Shown piece after piece: positions 31,458 through 41,300 of a stretch of DNA of 64,000 nucleotides (position 1 is its first letter; each line of letters begins with the position of its first letter). Source of the stretch: Thermoanaerobaculia bacterium (GTDB lineage Bacteria; Acidobacteriota; Thermoanaerobaculia; Gp7-AA8). The position numbers and the translations under genes are program-made. The notes below the pieces were generated by a model. It ran no database searches. It was not told the DNA's origin and was given only the letters and a program-made list of their open reading frames with translations. Where the stretch lies: positions 226,581 through 290,580 of the forward strand of contig DATAJY010000017.1 of NCBI GenBank assembly GCA_036261885.1. The letters run 5' to 3'.

Positions 31458-32981
31458 ATGGAGCTCCTGCGCATCCTCGAAGAGGCGCGTGCCGCGGGTG
31501 GTGGTGACTGCGCGCTGGCGACGGTGGTCGAGACCAACGGCTCGACCTACCGTCGTGCCGGGGCTCGGCTGATCGTGCGCGGCGATCGCAGAACGTGGGG
31601 TGCGATCAGCGGCGGCTGTCTCGAAGCAGACATCATCGAGCGCGCACTGCGCGCGATCGCAACCGGTGAAGCCGCGCTGGCGCGCTACAAGCCGGCCGCG
31701 GACGATCTCGTGGTCGGTCTCGGCAGCGGCTGTCAGGGCGAAGTGGTGGTCTTCATCGAGCCGCTGCCTCCTTCACTCCTCGAAGCAGGGCCGGACGCGA
31801 ACGACGGAGATGCATGGATCACCATGTATCGCGGAGAGACCCGCGGTACGACCATCGGTCGCACGGTCGATGCGCCGGACGACGCCTTCGTGCAGCCGAT
31901 CGTGGCGCGGCCGGCGCTGCTGTTGTTCGGCGCGTCACCGGCCGCCGAGGATCTGCTGCGGTTTGCCAAAGGCCTCGGATGGTGCGTGCGTGTCGGCGAT
32001 CATCGGCCGTTCGTGGCGAACGACCCGCGTTTCGCCGCCGCCGACTCGATCGAGATCGCGCCGGTCGAAGAACTGCCCGCGCGATTTTCCTATGCATCCT
32101 CGACGGCCGCGGTGGTGATGACGCATCACTACCTGCGCGACCTCGCGCTCCTGCGCCGGCTCGCTCCGATGCGACTCGCGTATCTCGGACTGATCGGTGC
32201 GCGGGAGCGGGCGCGTAAACTCATCGCCGAAGCCGGAATCGACGAATCGGCCGTGCACGCGCCGGCGGGACTCGACCTCGGCGCCGACGCACCGGCCGAG
32301 ATCGCGTTGTCGATCGTGGCGGAGATCCAGTCCGTGTTGAAACGAACCACCGCCACCGCTCTCCGGAATCGCCCCGGCCGCATTCATGACGCGCCGGAAG
32401 AAAACGCGATCGTCATTCTCGCCGCCGGCGGGTCGCGACGACTGGGCCATCCGAAACAGCTCGTCGAGATCGACGGCCAGTCGCTCATCCGTCGCGCGGC
32501 GGAAGCGGCACTGGCGGTGGGGAGCGGCTCGGTACACATCGTCGTCGGCGCCGAGGTTCTTCGCGTGCGCGCGGCGCTGGAGGGCCTGCCGGTCGAGTGG
32601 ATCGTCAACGACGCGTGGGAGGAGGGGATCGCCTCCTCGATTCGCGCGGCCGTTGATGCCATCGAACAGCGCCCGCAACCCGTCGAGACGATGACGCTCA
32701 TGCTGTGCGATCAACCGGGCGTGACCACGGATGTGCTGCGTCGTCTGCTCGATGCCTGGCGCGGCACGCGTTCCGCCGTCATCGCCTCGCGTTATCCCGA
32801 AGGGGCGGGCGTGCCGGCGCTGCTGCATTCCGCGCTCTTTCCGGCGCTGAAAACGCTGCGGGGCGACATCGGGGCACGGCAGCTGATTCGCGAGCTCGAT
32901 CGCGACATCGTCACCATTCCGCTCGACCTTCCGGACGATGTCGATACGGCGGAAGATGTGCGCCGTTTGCGCATTCCGTGA
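31458..32981 (+). CDS. XdhC/CoxI chaperone fused to a MocA-like NTP transferase
   Basis: GSTYRRAGA, ISGGCLE, MTH..RD, PAGLDLG..PAEIALSI, followed by ILAAGGSRRLG.PKQL, LCDQP, GDIGAR, DVDT. Confidence 0.9.
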   Translation: MELLRILEEARAAGGGDCALATVVETNGSTYRRAGARLIVRGDRRTWGAISGGCLEADIIERALRAIATGEAALARYKPAADDLVVGLGSGCQGEVVVFIEPLPPSLLEAGPDANDGDAWITMYRGETRGTTIGRTVDAPDDAFVQPIVARPALLLFGASPAAEDLLRFAKGLGWCVRVGDHRPFVANDPRFAAADSIEIAPVEELPARFSYASSTAAVVMTHHYLRDLALLRRLAPMRLAYLGLIGARERARKLIAEAGIDESAVHAPAGLDLGADAPAEIALSIVAEIQSVLKRTTATALRNRPGRIHDAPEENAIVILAAGGSRRLGHPKQLVEIDGQSLIRRAAEAALAVGSGSVHIVVGAEVLRVRAALEGLPVEWIVNDAWEEGIASSIRAAVDAIEQRPQPVETMTLMLCDQPGVTTDVLRRLLDAWRGTRSAVIASRYPEGAGVPALLHSALFPALKTLRGDIGARQLIRELDRDIVTIPLDLPDDVDTAEDVRRLRIP

Positions 32982-32984
32982 GCC

Positions 32985-33007
32985 GATTGCGCACTCATTG
33001 CGCAATC
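32985..33007. promoter_or_regulatory. Perfect 9-bp inverted repeat at the junction of the redox and lanthipeptide modules
   Basis: GATTGCGCA-CTCAT-TGCGCAATC. Confidence 0.45.
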
Positions 33008-33152
33008 CCGTGTCAGGCGTCACTGAAGCGGCACACTTTAGTTACGTCATGACGGACAAACATACTTGAACCGTTACCGCCGCGTCTCTAATGTAGATGC
33101 ACATACATCAGGAGATCGGGAAACGGTGGACGGACTCACGCGGGAAGCAGTG

Positions 33153-34505
33153 ATGGCCGGCGCTTCGGCGGCGGTACATGCGGAAGCGGAAGAACCGGCT
33201 GGTTGTACGCGCGGCCGACTCGTGTACTGGCTCGGCTGGCAACTGCCGCCGCGCGGTGCCTGCGAGCGGCTCGAAGCGAACGGCTTCCGCTGGCGCGTGG
33301 CCACCAATGCCGCGGATGTCTCGCGCATCGCCGCGCAGTCGGTGCTCTGTTTCGCTCCCCACGCGTCGAGCGCACTGGTGAAACGAACGCTGGACGCGCT
33401 GGCGGGCCGTGCCTGCGCGGTGATCGTGCACGGCGCGCGCGAGCAACTCGCGGCGTTCGCGGAGCTGCTGGACGGCGATCGACTCTTCTATCTCGCGGCG
33501 GGTGTGCTCGAAGAGCGCGACCTCGCGGCGATCGTCGAGGCGGCGGCGCGGCAATTCGAGGAACGGCGCGAGCTCGATGATGCCGCGCATGAGATCACGG
33601 CTGGCGTGCTGCGCCGCATCGCGCTGGCGCAGAGCGTCGTCGAGCTCTCCACCGCCGTGAAGGCGGCGATCGTGCGAACCGTGAGCGCGGAGCGCGGTCG
33701 ATGTCTGCTCTTCGATCGGGAACGGCAGGTGCTCTGGCCGGCGTCGCGTGGAGACGATGACGGCGAGAGCATCGCCGCGGGGCTGAGCAGTTTCGCGCTG
33801 CGCACCGGCGAGGCAGTGCTGGCTGGCTGTGCGGTGGCCGATCCCCGGTTCGATCGCGAGCTCGATCATCCCGAGGGTCGCGACAGCGATCGGCTTCTGG
33901 CGGTGCCGGTGCGCGCGCGCAAAGGCGACGGAGTGGCGGTGCTGATCGCTTCACGTCCGAAAGAGGAGCGCGCTTTCGACGCGCGCGATGTGGCTGCGCT
34001 CGAAACGCTGGCCGCGCACGTGGCGCCCTACATCGTCGCGTGGCTGCCGGCGCCCGATGTGCCGACGGACTCGCCGTTTCGTACGCAGGCGTTGCGCGAG
34101 CTCGCATCGCCGTCGGTCGCCGGCGCGGAACCGCTGCGACTCGATCCGGCGTGGACCAGGCGGGTGACGCTCCTCGGAGTGGTGACGCTGCTGGTGGCCA
34201 TCGTCGCCGCGATCTTCGTACGCGTGCCGGAGTACGCAGCGGCAGACGCGATGGTGCGCAACGGCACACTGACCGCGACCTTTGCCGCTCCGCACGCGAA
34301 CGAGATCGAGCGCGGCATGACGCTGCGCTACGGCAAGGAATTGATGACCGTCGAACGCGTCGATGCGATCGGGTCGCGCGTCATCGTCATCGCGCGCGTG
34401 CCTTCGCTTGTCGATGAATCGCATGGTCGCGCCGAGGTGCGCGTGGGGAGCGAGCGGCTGCTCTTCGTGATTTTCCCGAAACTCAAAGGAGCCACGCGTG
34501 TCTGA
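33153..34505 (+). CDS. GAF-domain protein fused to a TM helix and a truncated HlyD/secretion-adaptor-like region
   Basis: GAF motifs (GL..FALRTGE, DPRFD, LLAVPV, AFD.RDV..LE.LA), then PFRTQAL...PLRL.PAW, a TM helix, and GRAEVRVGSERLL..IFP. Start could be as far up as 33066. Confidence 0.7.
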   Translation: MAGASAAVHAEAEEPAGCTRGRLVYWLGWQLPPRGACERLEANGFRWRVATNAADVSRIAAQSVLCFAPHASSALVKRTLDALAGRACAVIVHGAREQLAAFAELLDGDRLFYLAAGVLEERDLAAIVEAAARQFEERRELDDAAHEITAGVLRRIALAQSVVELSTAVKAAIVRTVSAERGRCLLFDRERQVLWPASRGDDDGESIAAGLSSFALRTGEAVLAGCAVADPRFDRELDHPEGRDSDRLLAVPVRARKGDGVAVLIASRPKEERAFDARDVAALETLAAHVAPYIVAWLPAPDVPTDSPFRTQALRELASPSVAGAEPLRLDPAWTRRVTLLGVVTLLVAIVAAIFVRVPEYAAADAMVRNGTLTATFAAPHANEIERGMTLRYGKELMTVERVDAIGSRVIVIARVPSLVDESHGRAEVRVGSERLLFVIFPKLKGATRV

Positions 34506-36741
34506 GCGGGTGCGATACATCGCGCAGACCGCCGCCGCCGATTGCGGCGCGGCCTGTCTGGCGATGACGCTCGGCGTGCATGGCCGCGACGTGACGCTCG
34601 AAGACGTTCGTCGCGTGACCGGCCTCTCGCGGCACGGTCTCGACGCGCAGATCCTCGTCGATGCCGCCGCACATTTCCGGCTGCGCGGGCGCGGCGTGCA
34701 ACTGCGCACGCCGCAGGAGCTGGCGTATCTCGAGCGCGGCAGCATTCTGCATTGGGAGTTCCGCCACTTCGTCGTGCTCGATCGCTTCGAAAAGAGCGGC
34801 GCGTGGATCGTCGATCCTGCAGCGGGACGGCGCTTCGTCACACTCGGCGAGCTCGATCGCGCGCTCACGGGCGTGGCCATCAGCTTCGAGCCGGCCGGCG
34901 ATTTCGAGAGCGGCGGACTGCAGCGCGAATCGTTGCTGCGCCGCTATCTGCAACGCGTGCTCCGTCACGACGGCGCGCTCGTGCGCATCGTGCTCGCATC
35001 GATTCTGCTGCAGCTCTTCGCGCTGGCCGTGCCGCTCGTGACCGGCGTGCTGATCGATCGCGTGATTCCGCACGCCGATCGATCGCTGTTCACGATTCTC
35101 GGCATCGGCGCGTTCGCGCTGGTCACGTTCTCCTTCTTCGCCGCGCTCATTCGCGGACACATCCTGCTCGCGCTGCGCACGCGCCTCGACTCGCAGCTCA
35201 CGCACGACTTTCTCGAACATCTCGTGCAGCTGCCGTTCTCGTTTTTCCAGAACCGCTCGGCTGGCGATCTCCTGATGCGACTCGGCAGCAACGCCACGAT
35301 TCGCGAGATCCTCACCTCGGCCGTCCTTTCCGGCGCGCTCGACGGCCTGATGGTGTTGTCGTATCTCGCGCTGCTGCTCTTCGCCGACTGGCGCGTCGGG
35401 TTGCTGGTCTCGCTGCTTGCCGTGGTGCGCGTGATCATTCTCGTCGGCGCCCTGCAACGCCGGCGTCGGCTCACGTCCGAAGCGCTGCAGGCGCAGGCCG
35501 CATCGCAGAGCTTCGAGGTACAGCTGCTGGCCGGAATCGAGGCGCTGAAAGCGTGCGGCGCGGAACGTCGCGCCGTCGATTCGTGGTCTCAACTCTTCGT
35601 GCGCGAGCTGAACGTCTCTCTTGCGCGCGGCCGCCTCGACGCGCTCGTCAATTCATTGCTGGATGGACTGGCGCTGGCCTCGCCGATCGCCGTGCTGCTT
35701 TACGGCGGCTCGCGGGTGATGAGCGGCGAGCTGACGCTCGGCATGATGCTCGCGCTCGCGTCGCTGGCGGCCGGATTCCTCGCACCGCTCTCGACGCTCG
35801 TCTCCAACGCATCGCAGTTCCAGCTGCTCGGCAGCTATCTCGAGCGGCTCGACGATGTGCTCTCGACGCCCGCGGAGCCGCAGCGTCGCGAGCTCGCGCC
35901 GCCGAAATCATTCGAAGGACGCATCGCGCTCGACGGCGTCACGTTCGGCTACAGCCCGCTCGTGCCGCCGGCGATCGCGCGCGCGTCGTTCGAGGTCGAC
36001 GCGGGACGGCTGATCGCCATCGTCGGACCGTCGGGCTCGGGGAAGTCGACGCTGGCCGGATTGATCGCCGGCCTCCTGCACGCCGACTCGGGACGCGTGC
36101 TCTACGACGGCCGTCCGCTCGACGAATATCCGCGCGAATGGCTGCGCACGCGCATCGCCTACGTGCCCCAGCGCTCGTACCTGTTCGGGAGCTCGATTCG
36201 CGCGAACATCGCTCTGCAGGATCCGGAGCTGCCGCTCGAACGGATCATCGAAGCGGCGAAGCTGGCCGAGATTCACGACGATATCGCGCGCATGCCGCTC
36301 GGCTACGAGACCGTGCTCGCCGATGGAGGGACGTCGCTTTCGGGCGGCCAGCGGCAGCGCATCGCTCTGGCCCGCGCGCTGGTCGGTCAGCCGCGCGTGC
36401 TCATTCTCGACGAAGCCACGAGCGCGCTCGATGCCATCACCGAAGAGAAGATCCAGCGGAACCTCCTGCGCATGCACGTGACGCGCATCGTTGCCGCACA
36501 TCGACTGAGCACGATCCGCGATGCCGACCGCATCGTCGTGCTCGAAGAAGGAACGATCACCGATTCAGGCACTCACGGCGAGTTGATCGCGCGTGAGGGT
36601 CTGTACCCCCGGCTCGTCGCCGCGCAACTCGAGAGCGCAGACGAGCCGGACTCCCTTCCACCCGCGGTCCGCTCCGCCTCGGTACCGGTCGAAGCGCGAA
36701 CGGCCCGCAGAACTTCGATGATGAAAGGAATTCAGTCATGA
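34498..36741 (+). CDS. lanT: Peptidase-containing ABC transporter (LanT/PCAT)
   Basis: C39 motifs Q...DCGAACLAM, HW..HFVV, DP; GPSGSGKST; LSGGQRQR; ILDEATSALD. Confidence 0.93.
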   Translation: MSERVRYIAQTAAADCGAACLAMTLGVHGRDVTLEDVRRVTGLSRHGLDAQILVDAAAHFRLRGRGVQLRTPQELAYLERGSILHWEFRHFVVLDRFEKSGAWIVDPAAGRRFVTLGELDRALTGVAISFEPAGDFESGGLQRESLLRRYLQRVLRHDGALVRIVLASILLQLFALAVPLVTGVLIDRVIPHADRSLFTILGIGAFALVTFSFFAALIRGHILLALRTRLDSQLTHDFLEHLVQLPFSFFQNRSAGDLLMRLGSNATIREILTSAVLSGALDGLMVLSYLALLLFADWRVGLLVSLLAVVRVIILVGALQRRRRLTSEALQAQAASQSFEVQLLAGIEALKACGAERRAVDSWSQLFVRELNVSLARGRLDALVNSLLDGLALASPIAVLLYGGSRVMSGELTLGMMLALASLAAGFLAPLSTLVSNASQFQLLGSYLERLDDVLSTPAEPQRRELAPPKSFEGRIALDGVTFGYSPLVPPAIARASFEVDAGRLIAIVGPSGSGKSTLAGLIAGLLHADSGRVLYDGRPLDEYPREWLRTRIAYVPQRSYLFGSSIRANIALQDPELPLERIIEAAKLAEIHDDIARMPLGYETVLADGGTSLSGGQRQRIALARALVGQPRVLILDEATSALDAITEEKIQRNLLRMHVTRIVAAHRLSTIRDADRIVVLEEGTITDSGTHGELIAREGLYPRLVAAQLESADEPDSLPPAVRSASVPVEARTARRTSMMKGIQS

Positions 36742-36926
36742 AGAAGCAGATCACCCGCAAGCTCGAACTCTCGAAGGAAACGCTGCGCAATCTCTCCGAA
36801 CGCGATCTGAAGGGCGCGGTCGGTGGCATCTCCGCGATCTGTCAGCCGACGGGCGTCTCGGACTGCTACCCGTGTCCGACCGAAAGCTGTTCGGACGGCA
36901 GCTGCAGCTCGTGGCGCTGCTGCTGA
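36738..36926 (+). CDS. lanA: Class I lanthipeptide precursor
   Basis: SD AAGGA; leader KLELSKETLRNL...VGG; Cys/Ser/Thr-rich core; sits between lanT and lanC. Confidence 0.92.
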   Translation: MKKQITRKLELSKETLRNLSERDLKGAVGGISAICQPTGVSDCYPCPTESCSDGSCSSWRCC

Positions 36927-36988
36927 TGCGTTTCGCATCAGCGTGGCCGGCGGTGGCCTCCTTCAGGAATTGAGGTCCTGAAGGAGGC
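36922..36988 (+). terminator. Two stem-loops downstream of lanA
   Basis: GCTGATGCG-TTT-CGCATCAGC and GCCTCCTTCAGGA-N7-TCCTGAAGGAGGC; no U-tract. Confidence 0.55.
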
Positions 36989-37097
36989 GTGACGTCCGGT
37001 CGGCACGACCAAGGGTTCGCAACCTTTTCGCAAACGCGGCCGTCGGTGTGCGAGTGTGCACCTCGCATACCGGCTGCCGCAACTGGAGGATCTCCGC

Positions 37098-38357
37098 ATG
37101 TGGCAGTCCGTGACGGACGCCGAGCTCGCGGCTGAGTGCTGGTCCGCGATCGGCGAGATCGAATCGTGTCTCGTCGCCCATCTCGAATCGAATGAGTCGC
37201 GCGATCCGTTGCTCGCCAGCGGCGACTCCGGTCTGGCGCTCTTCTTCGCCTATCTCTCCGCGGCGCGGCCCGATTCACCGGCCGGGGACCGCGCGCTCGA
37301 GGCGTTGTCGCGCAGTCTCGACGGCCTCGCCGCCATGCAGCTGCTGCCGGCGCTGCTGATCGGCTACAGCGGCATCGGCTGGGTCGTCGAACATCTCACC
37401 CGCGACTTCTTCGAAGGCGATGACGATCTCGCCACGCCGATCGACGATGCGCTCGAAACGCTGCTGCACGACGTCAACGATGCGCCGCCGTACGAGCTGG
37501 TCGGAGGTCTGGTCGGCATCGGCACGTATCTGATCGAACGCCTGCCGCATCCGCGCGCCGCGAGAACACTCACACGCATCCTCGACCTGCTCGAGATGCG
37601 CGCCGAACATTCGCGCGACGGCATCACCTGGTTCACTCCCGCCGAATGGCTCGCGAACTGGCAGCGCGAGCAGATGCCGCACGGCTGCTACAACCTCGGC
37701 GTCGCGCACGGCGTCCCCGGCATCATCGGATTTCTCGCCGCTGCAAAACAGGAGGGATTCGACGACGCGCGGATCGAAACACTCGCCGCGGGTGCGGTGC
37801 GCTGGTTGCGCGCGCAACGCATCGAGGCCGATCAGTCGTCGCTGTACGGCGCCTGGCTCGTTCCAGGGAAGCCGCTCGAGACCACGCGCACCGCCTGGTG
37901 CTACGGAGACATCGGCGTCGCGGCCGTACTGCTGCGCGCCGCGCGCGCATTCGATCGAAAGGATTGGGAAGACGAAGCGCTGTCGGTCGCGCGCGCCGCG
38001 GCGACGCGACCCGCCGAGCGGACGCTGGCCATCGATCCCGGCCTCTGCCACGGCGCGGTCGGCAACGCCCATCTCTTCAATCGTTTCTATCAGGCCACGC
38101 GCGAGCCGCTGATGAAGGAGGCGGCTCTGGAGTGGTATCGCCGCGCGCTGGCGATGCGCCGGCCGGGCGAAGGTCTGGCCGGCCTGCTGACGTGGATCAA
38201 TCCTGTCGGCCGCGAGGGATTCTGGAAAGGGGAGTACGGCTTTCTCAGCGGCATCAGCGGATTCGCGCTGGCGATGCTCGCGGCGGTGACGGACGTCGAG
38301 CCGAAATGGGATCGCGTGATGCTCGTCGCCGTTCCGCCGAAGGAGCTCGCGGCTTGA
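37098..38357 (+). CDS. lanC: Lanthionine synthetase (cyclase) LanC
   Basis: GVAHGVPG, AWCYGD, GLCHG zinc-ligand motifs; GGAGG SD. Confidence 0.93.
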   Translation: MWQSVTDAELAAECWSAIGEIESCLVAHLESNESRDPLLASGDSGLALFFAYLSAARPDSPAGDRALEALSRSLDGLAAMQLLPALLIGYSGIGWVVEHLTRDFFEGDDDLATPIDDALETLLHDVNDAPPYELVGGLVGIGTYLIERLPHPRAARTLTRILDLLEMRAEHSRDGITWFTPAEWLANWQREQMPHGCYNLGVAHGVPGIIGFLAAAKQEGFDDARIETLAAGAVRWLRAQRIEADQSSLYGAWLVPGKPLETTRTAWCYGDIGVAAVLLRAARAFDRKDWEDEALSVARAAATRPAERTLAIDPGLCHGAVGNAHLFNRFYQATREPLMKEAALEWYRRALAMRRPGEGLAGLLTWINPVGREGFWKGEYGFLSGISGFALAMLAAVTDVEPKWDRVMLVAVPPKELAA

Positions 38358-41300
38358 GCCTCGAACGCGAGTACGCCGCCTCCGAGCTGATCGTGCTGCG
38401 CACGCCGCTGCTGCCGTTCGATGCCGTCGAAGCGTGGAGCAGCGGCAACCCCGATCGCGCGCAGTTGCGCGAGCGCCTCGTGCAGATCGTCACCCGTCCC
38501 GATGTGCGGGAAGCGTTGTTCGTCGCATCCCCCGATCTCGTGGCCAGCATCGACAACTGGCTGCACGATCCGCTCTCGAAAAAAGGACAGCGGACCGAGC
38601 TCGGGCTCGTGCGCTATTTCCTGCGGATGGCCACACGCCCGACGCCGTTCGGACTCTTCTCCGGCTGCACCGCCGGCAGCAGCGGCGGCACGACACGCCT
38701 CGCGCTCGCGTCGCGCGACGACTACCGGCGCCACACGCGGCTCGACATGGATTACCTCTTCGCGCTCTGCGAAAGCCTCACGCGCAGTCACGACCTGCGC
38801 GCCGAGATCCGCTTTCGCCCGAACGCGAGTCTCTACGAAACCGCGGGACGCCTGCGCTACGCCGAAGCGCGCGTGAACGGACGGCATCGCACCTATCACC
38901 TCGTGGCGGTCGATACGTTTGACGCGCTGCAGCTCGCGCTCGATCGCGCCGCGAACGGTGCGACACTCGACGAGCTGGCGCTCGCACTCGTCGAAAGCGA
39001 TGCCGAAGGGGAGATCACGTACGACGACGCGGCTGGGTTCGTGCACGATCTCGTCGACAACCAGCTGCTGCTGCCGGAACTGAGCCTGCCGGTCACCGGC
39101 GAAGAGAGCACGCACGGACTGGTGCGCCAACTGGCGGCGACGCGTTCGATGCGCGGTGCGGCAGCGCTGCTCGCACGCACCGACTCCGCACTCGACGCGC
39201 TCGACGCGCGTGGCGTCGGCTGCGAAACAAACGCGTATCTCGACATCGCCCGCGAGCTCGAACCGCTCGGCGTGCCGGTCGAGCTCTCGCGGCTCTTTCA
39301 GCTCGATCTCTTCAAGCCGGCGGTCGACGTCGGTCTCAGCGATGCCGTGATTCAGGAGATTCTCCGCGGCGTCGAATGGATGCACCGTCCCGTCGCGCAA
39401 CGCCGCTTCGATCCGATCCTCGAAGAATTTCGCCGCTCGTTCCGCGATCGTTATGGCGAGGGAAACGACGTGCCGCTGCTGGCCGTGCTCGACGAAGAGA
39501 CCGGCATCGGCTTCGATCGCTCGGGCATGGCCGGTGCGGACGCGTCGCCGCTGCTGGCCGGTCTCCCGTTCAGCGGTAAGGCGACGCCGTCGATCTCGTG
39601 GATGCCCTCCGATGCGACGCTCATCCGACTGCTGTCGGATGCCGTCGCCGGCGGCCGCATGGAGATCGAGCTGACGGACGACGACTGGAAGTATCTCGAA
39701 AATCGCGAGCGCCCTCCGATGCCCGACGCGTTTCATGCGGTGGTGACGCTCGCGGCGCCGTCGATCGACGCGATCGAGCGCGGCGACTATCGGATCCTGC
39801 TGCACAGCACCACCGGCCCCTCGGGCGCGCGGATGTTCGGCCGCTTCTGTCACGCGGACGAACGGATCCGCGCGGGCGTGAAAGCGCACCTGGCCGCGGA
39901 GGAGGCGCTCGCCCCCGAGGCGATCTTTGCGGAGCTCGTGCATCTCCCGGCGGGGCGTATGGGAAACATCCTCGCGCGTCCCGTTCTCCGGGAATGGGAG
40001 ATCTCGTTCCTCGGCAAATCGGGCGCGCCGGAAGAACGCCAGCTCGCCGTGAGCGATCTCGTCGTGACGGTCATCGGCGATCGCATCCGCCTTCGCTCGC
40101 TGACGCACGATCGCGAAGTCATCCCCCGCCTCACGACCGCCCACAACACCACGTTCGAGAGTCTCGGCGTCTACCGCTTCCTCGCCGCGATGCAGAACGC
40201 CCTCGGCATCGAATGGAACTGGGGACCGCTCGAGGCCGCACCGTTTCTGCCGCGCGTCAGTTGCGGCCGCGTCGTCTTCTCGCGCGCGCGATGGCGGATG
40301 CGCGAACGCGACATCAAGCCGCTCGCGGCGGTCTCCGGTGACGCGCGCTTCGCGCTCGCGCGCGAATGGCGCGCCCGGCATCGCATGCCGCGCTTCGTCG
40401 TGCTCGTCGACGGAGACAATGAGCTGTTGCTCGATTTCGAAAATCCGCTCAACGTCGATGCGGTGATGGAGCTCTTCAAAACCCGCGAGGAGGCGGTGCT
40501 GCACGAAGTCTTTCCCGCGCCCGATGAGCTCTGCGCCACCGGTGCGGAAGGACGCTTCGTGCACGAGCTGATCGTGCCGTTCGTCCGGAAGACAGCGGTC
40601 CCCGCGAAACCGTTCGTCACGAAGAGCGTGCCGCTGCCACCGCGTCCGCGAATCTTCGCTCCCGGCTCCGAATGGCTCTTCGCGAAACTCTACGTCGGCA
40701 GCGGCAGCGCGGATCTCGTGTTGCGCGACGAGGTCGCGCCGCTCGCACACGACGCGCTCGCATCGGGCGCCGCACGCGCCTGGTTCTTCATCCGTTTCGG
40801 CGATCCCGCCTGGCACCTTCGCGTGCGCTTTCGCGGAGAGCGGGATGCGCTGCGCGACGCCGTGCTGCCGAAACTCGAAGCGCTGTTCGAACGGCTGCAG
40901 GCCAGCGGCACCGCCTGGAAGTTTCAGCTCGACACCTACGAGCGTGAGATCGAGCGCTACGGCGGCCCGGCAGGAATCGAGCTGTGCGAGGAACTCTTCT
41001 TCTTCGACTCGGAAGCGGTGGTGTCGTTGCTCGAAACGTTCACGAGCGACGCCGGCGCCGAGGTCCGCTGGCGGACGATTCTTCTCGGAATGGATCGCCT
41101 CCTCGAAGATTTCGGCTACGACCTTCCGGCGAAGATCGAGCTCGCCGAACGCGCGCGCGACGGCTTTGCCCGCAACTACCGCTACGACCCGCTGCGCACG
41201 AGGATCGCCGACCGCCTGCGCAGCGATCGCGCCGCGCTGCTCCGCCTCCTCGCCGAACCCCCGCCCCCCGCGCTGCGCCGCCGCTCCGAATCGAACGCCC

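Noticed and set aside
34542-36596. 684-aa Arg-rich alternative-frame ORF inside lanT
   Set aside because: Off-frame composition typical of GC-rich coding DNA.
37646-38353. N-terminal extensions in the ORF track (lanB from 37646; also 12205, 28692, 60052, 56935)
   Set aside because: They overlap neighbouring real genes; true starts are set by SD sites, stop/start overlaps and domain boundaries.
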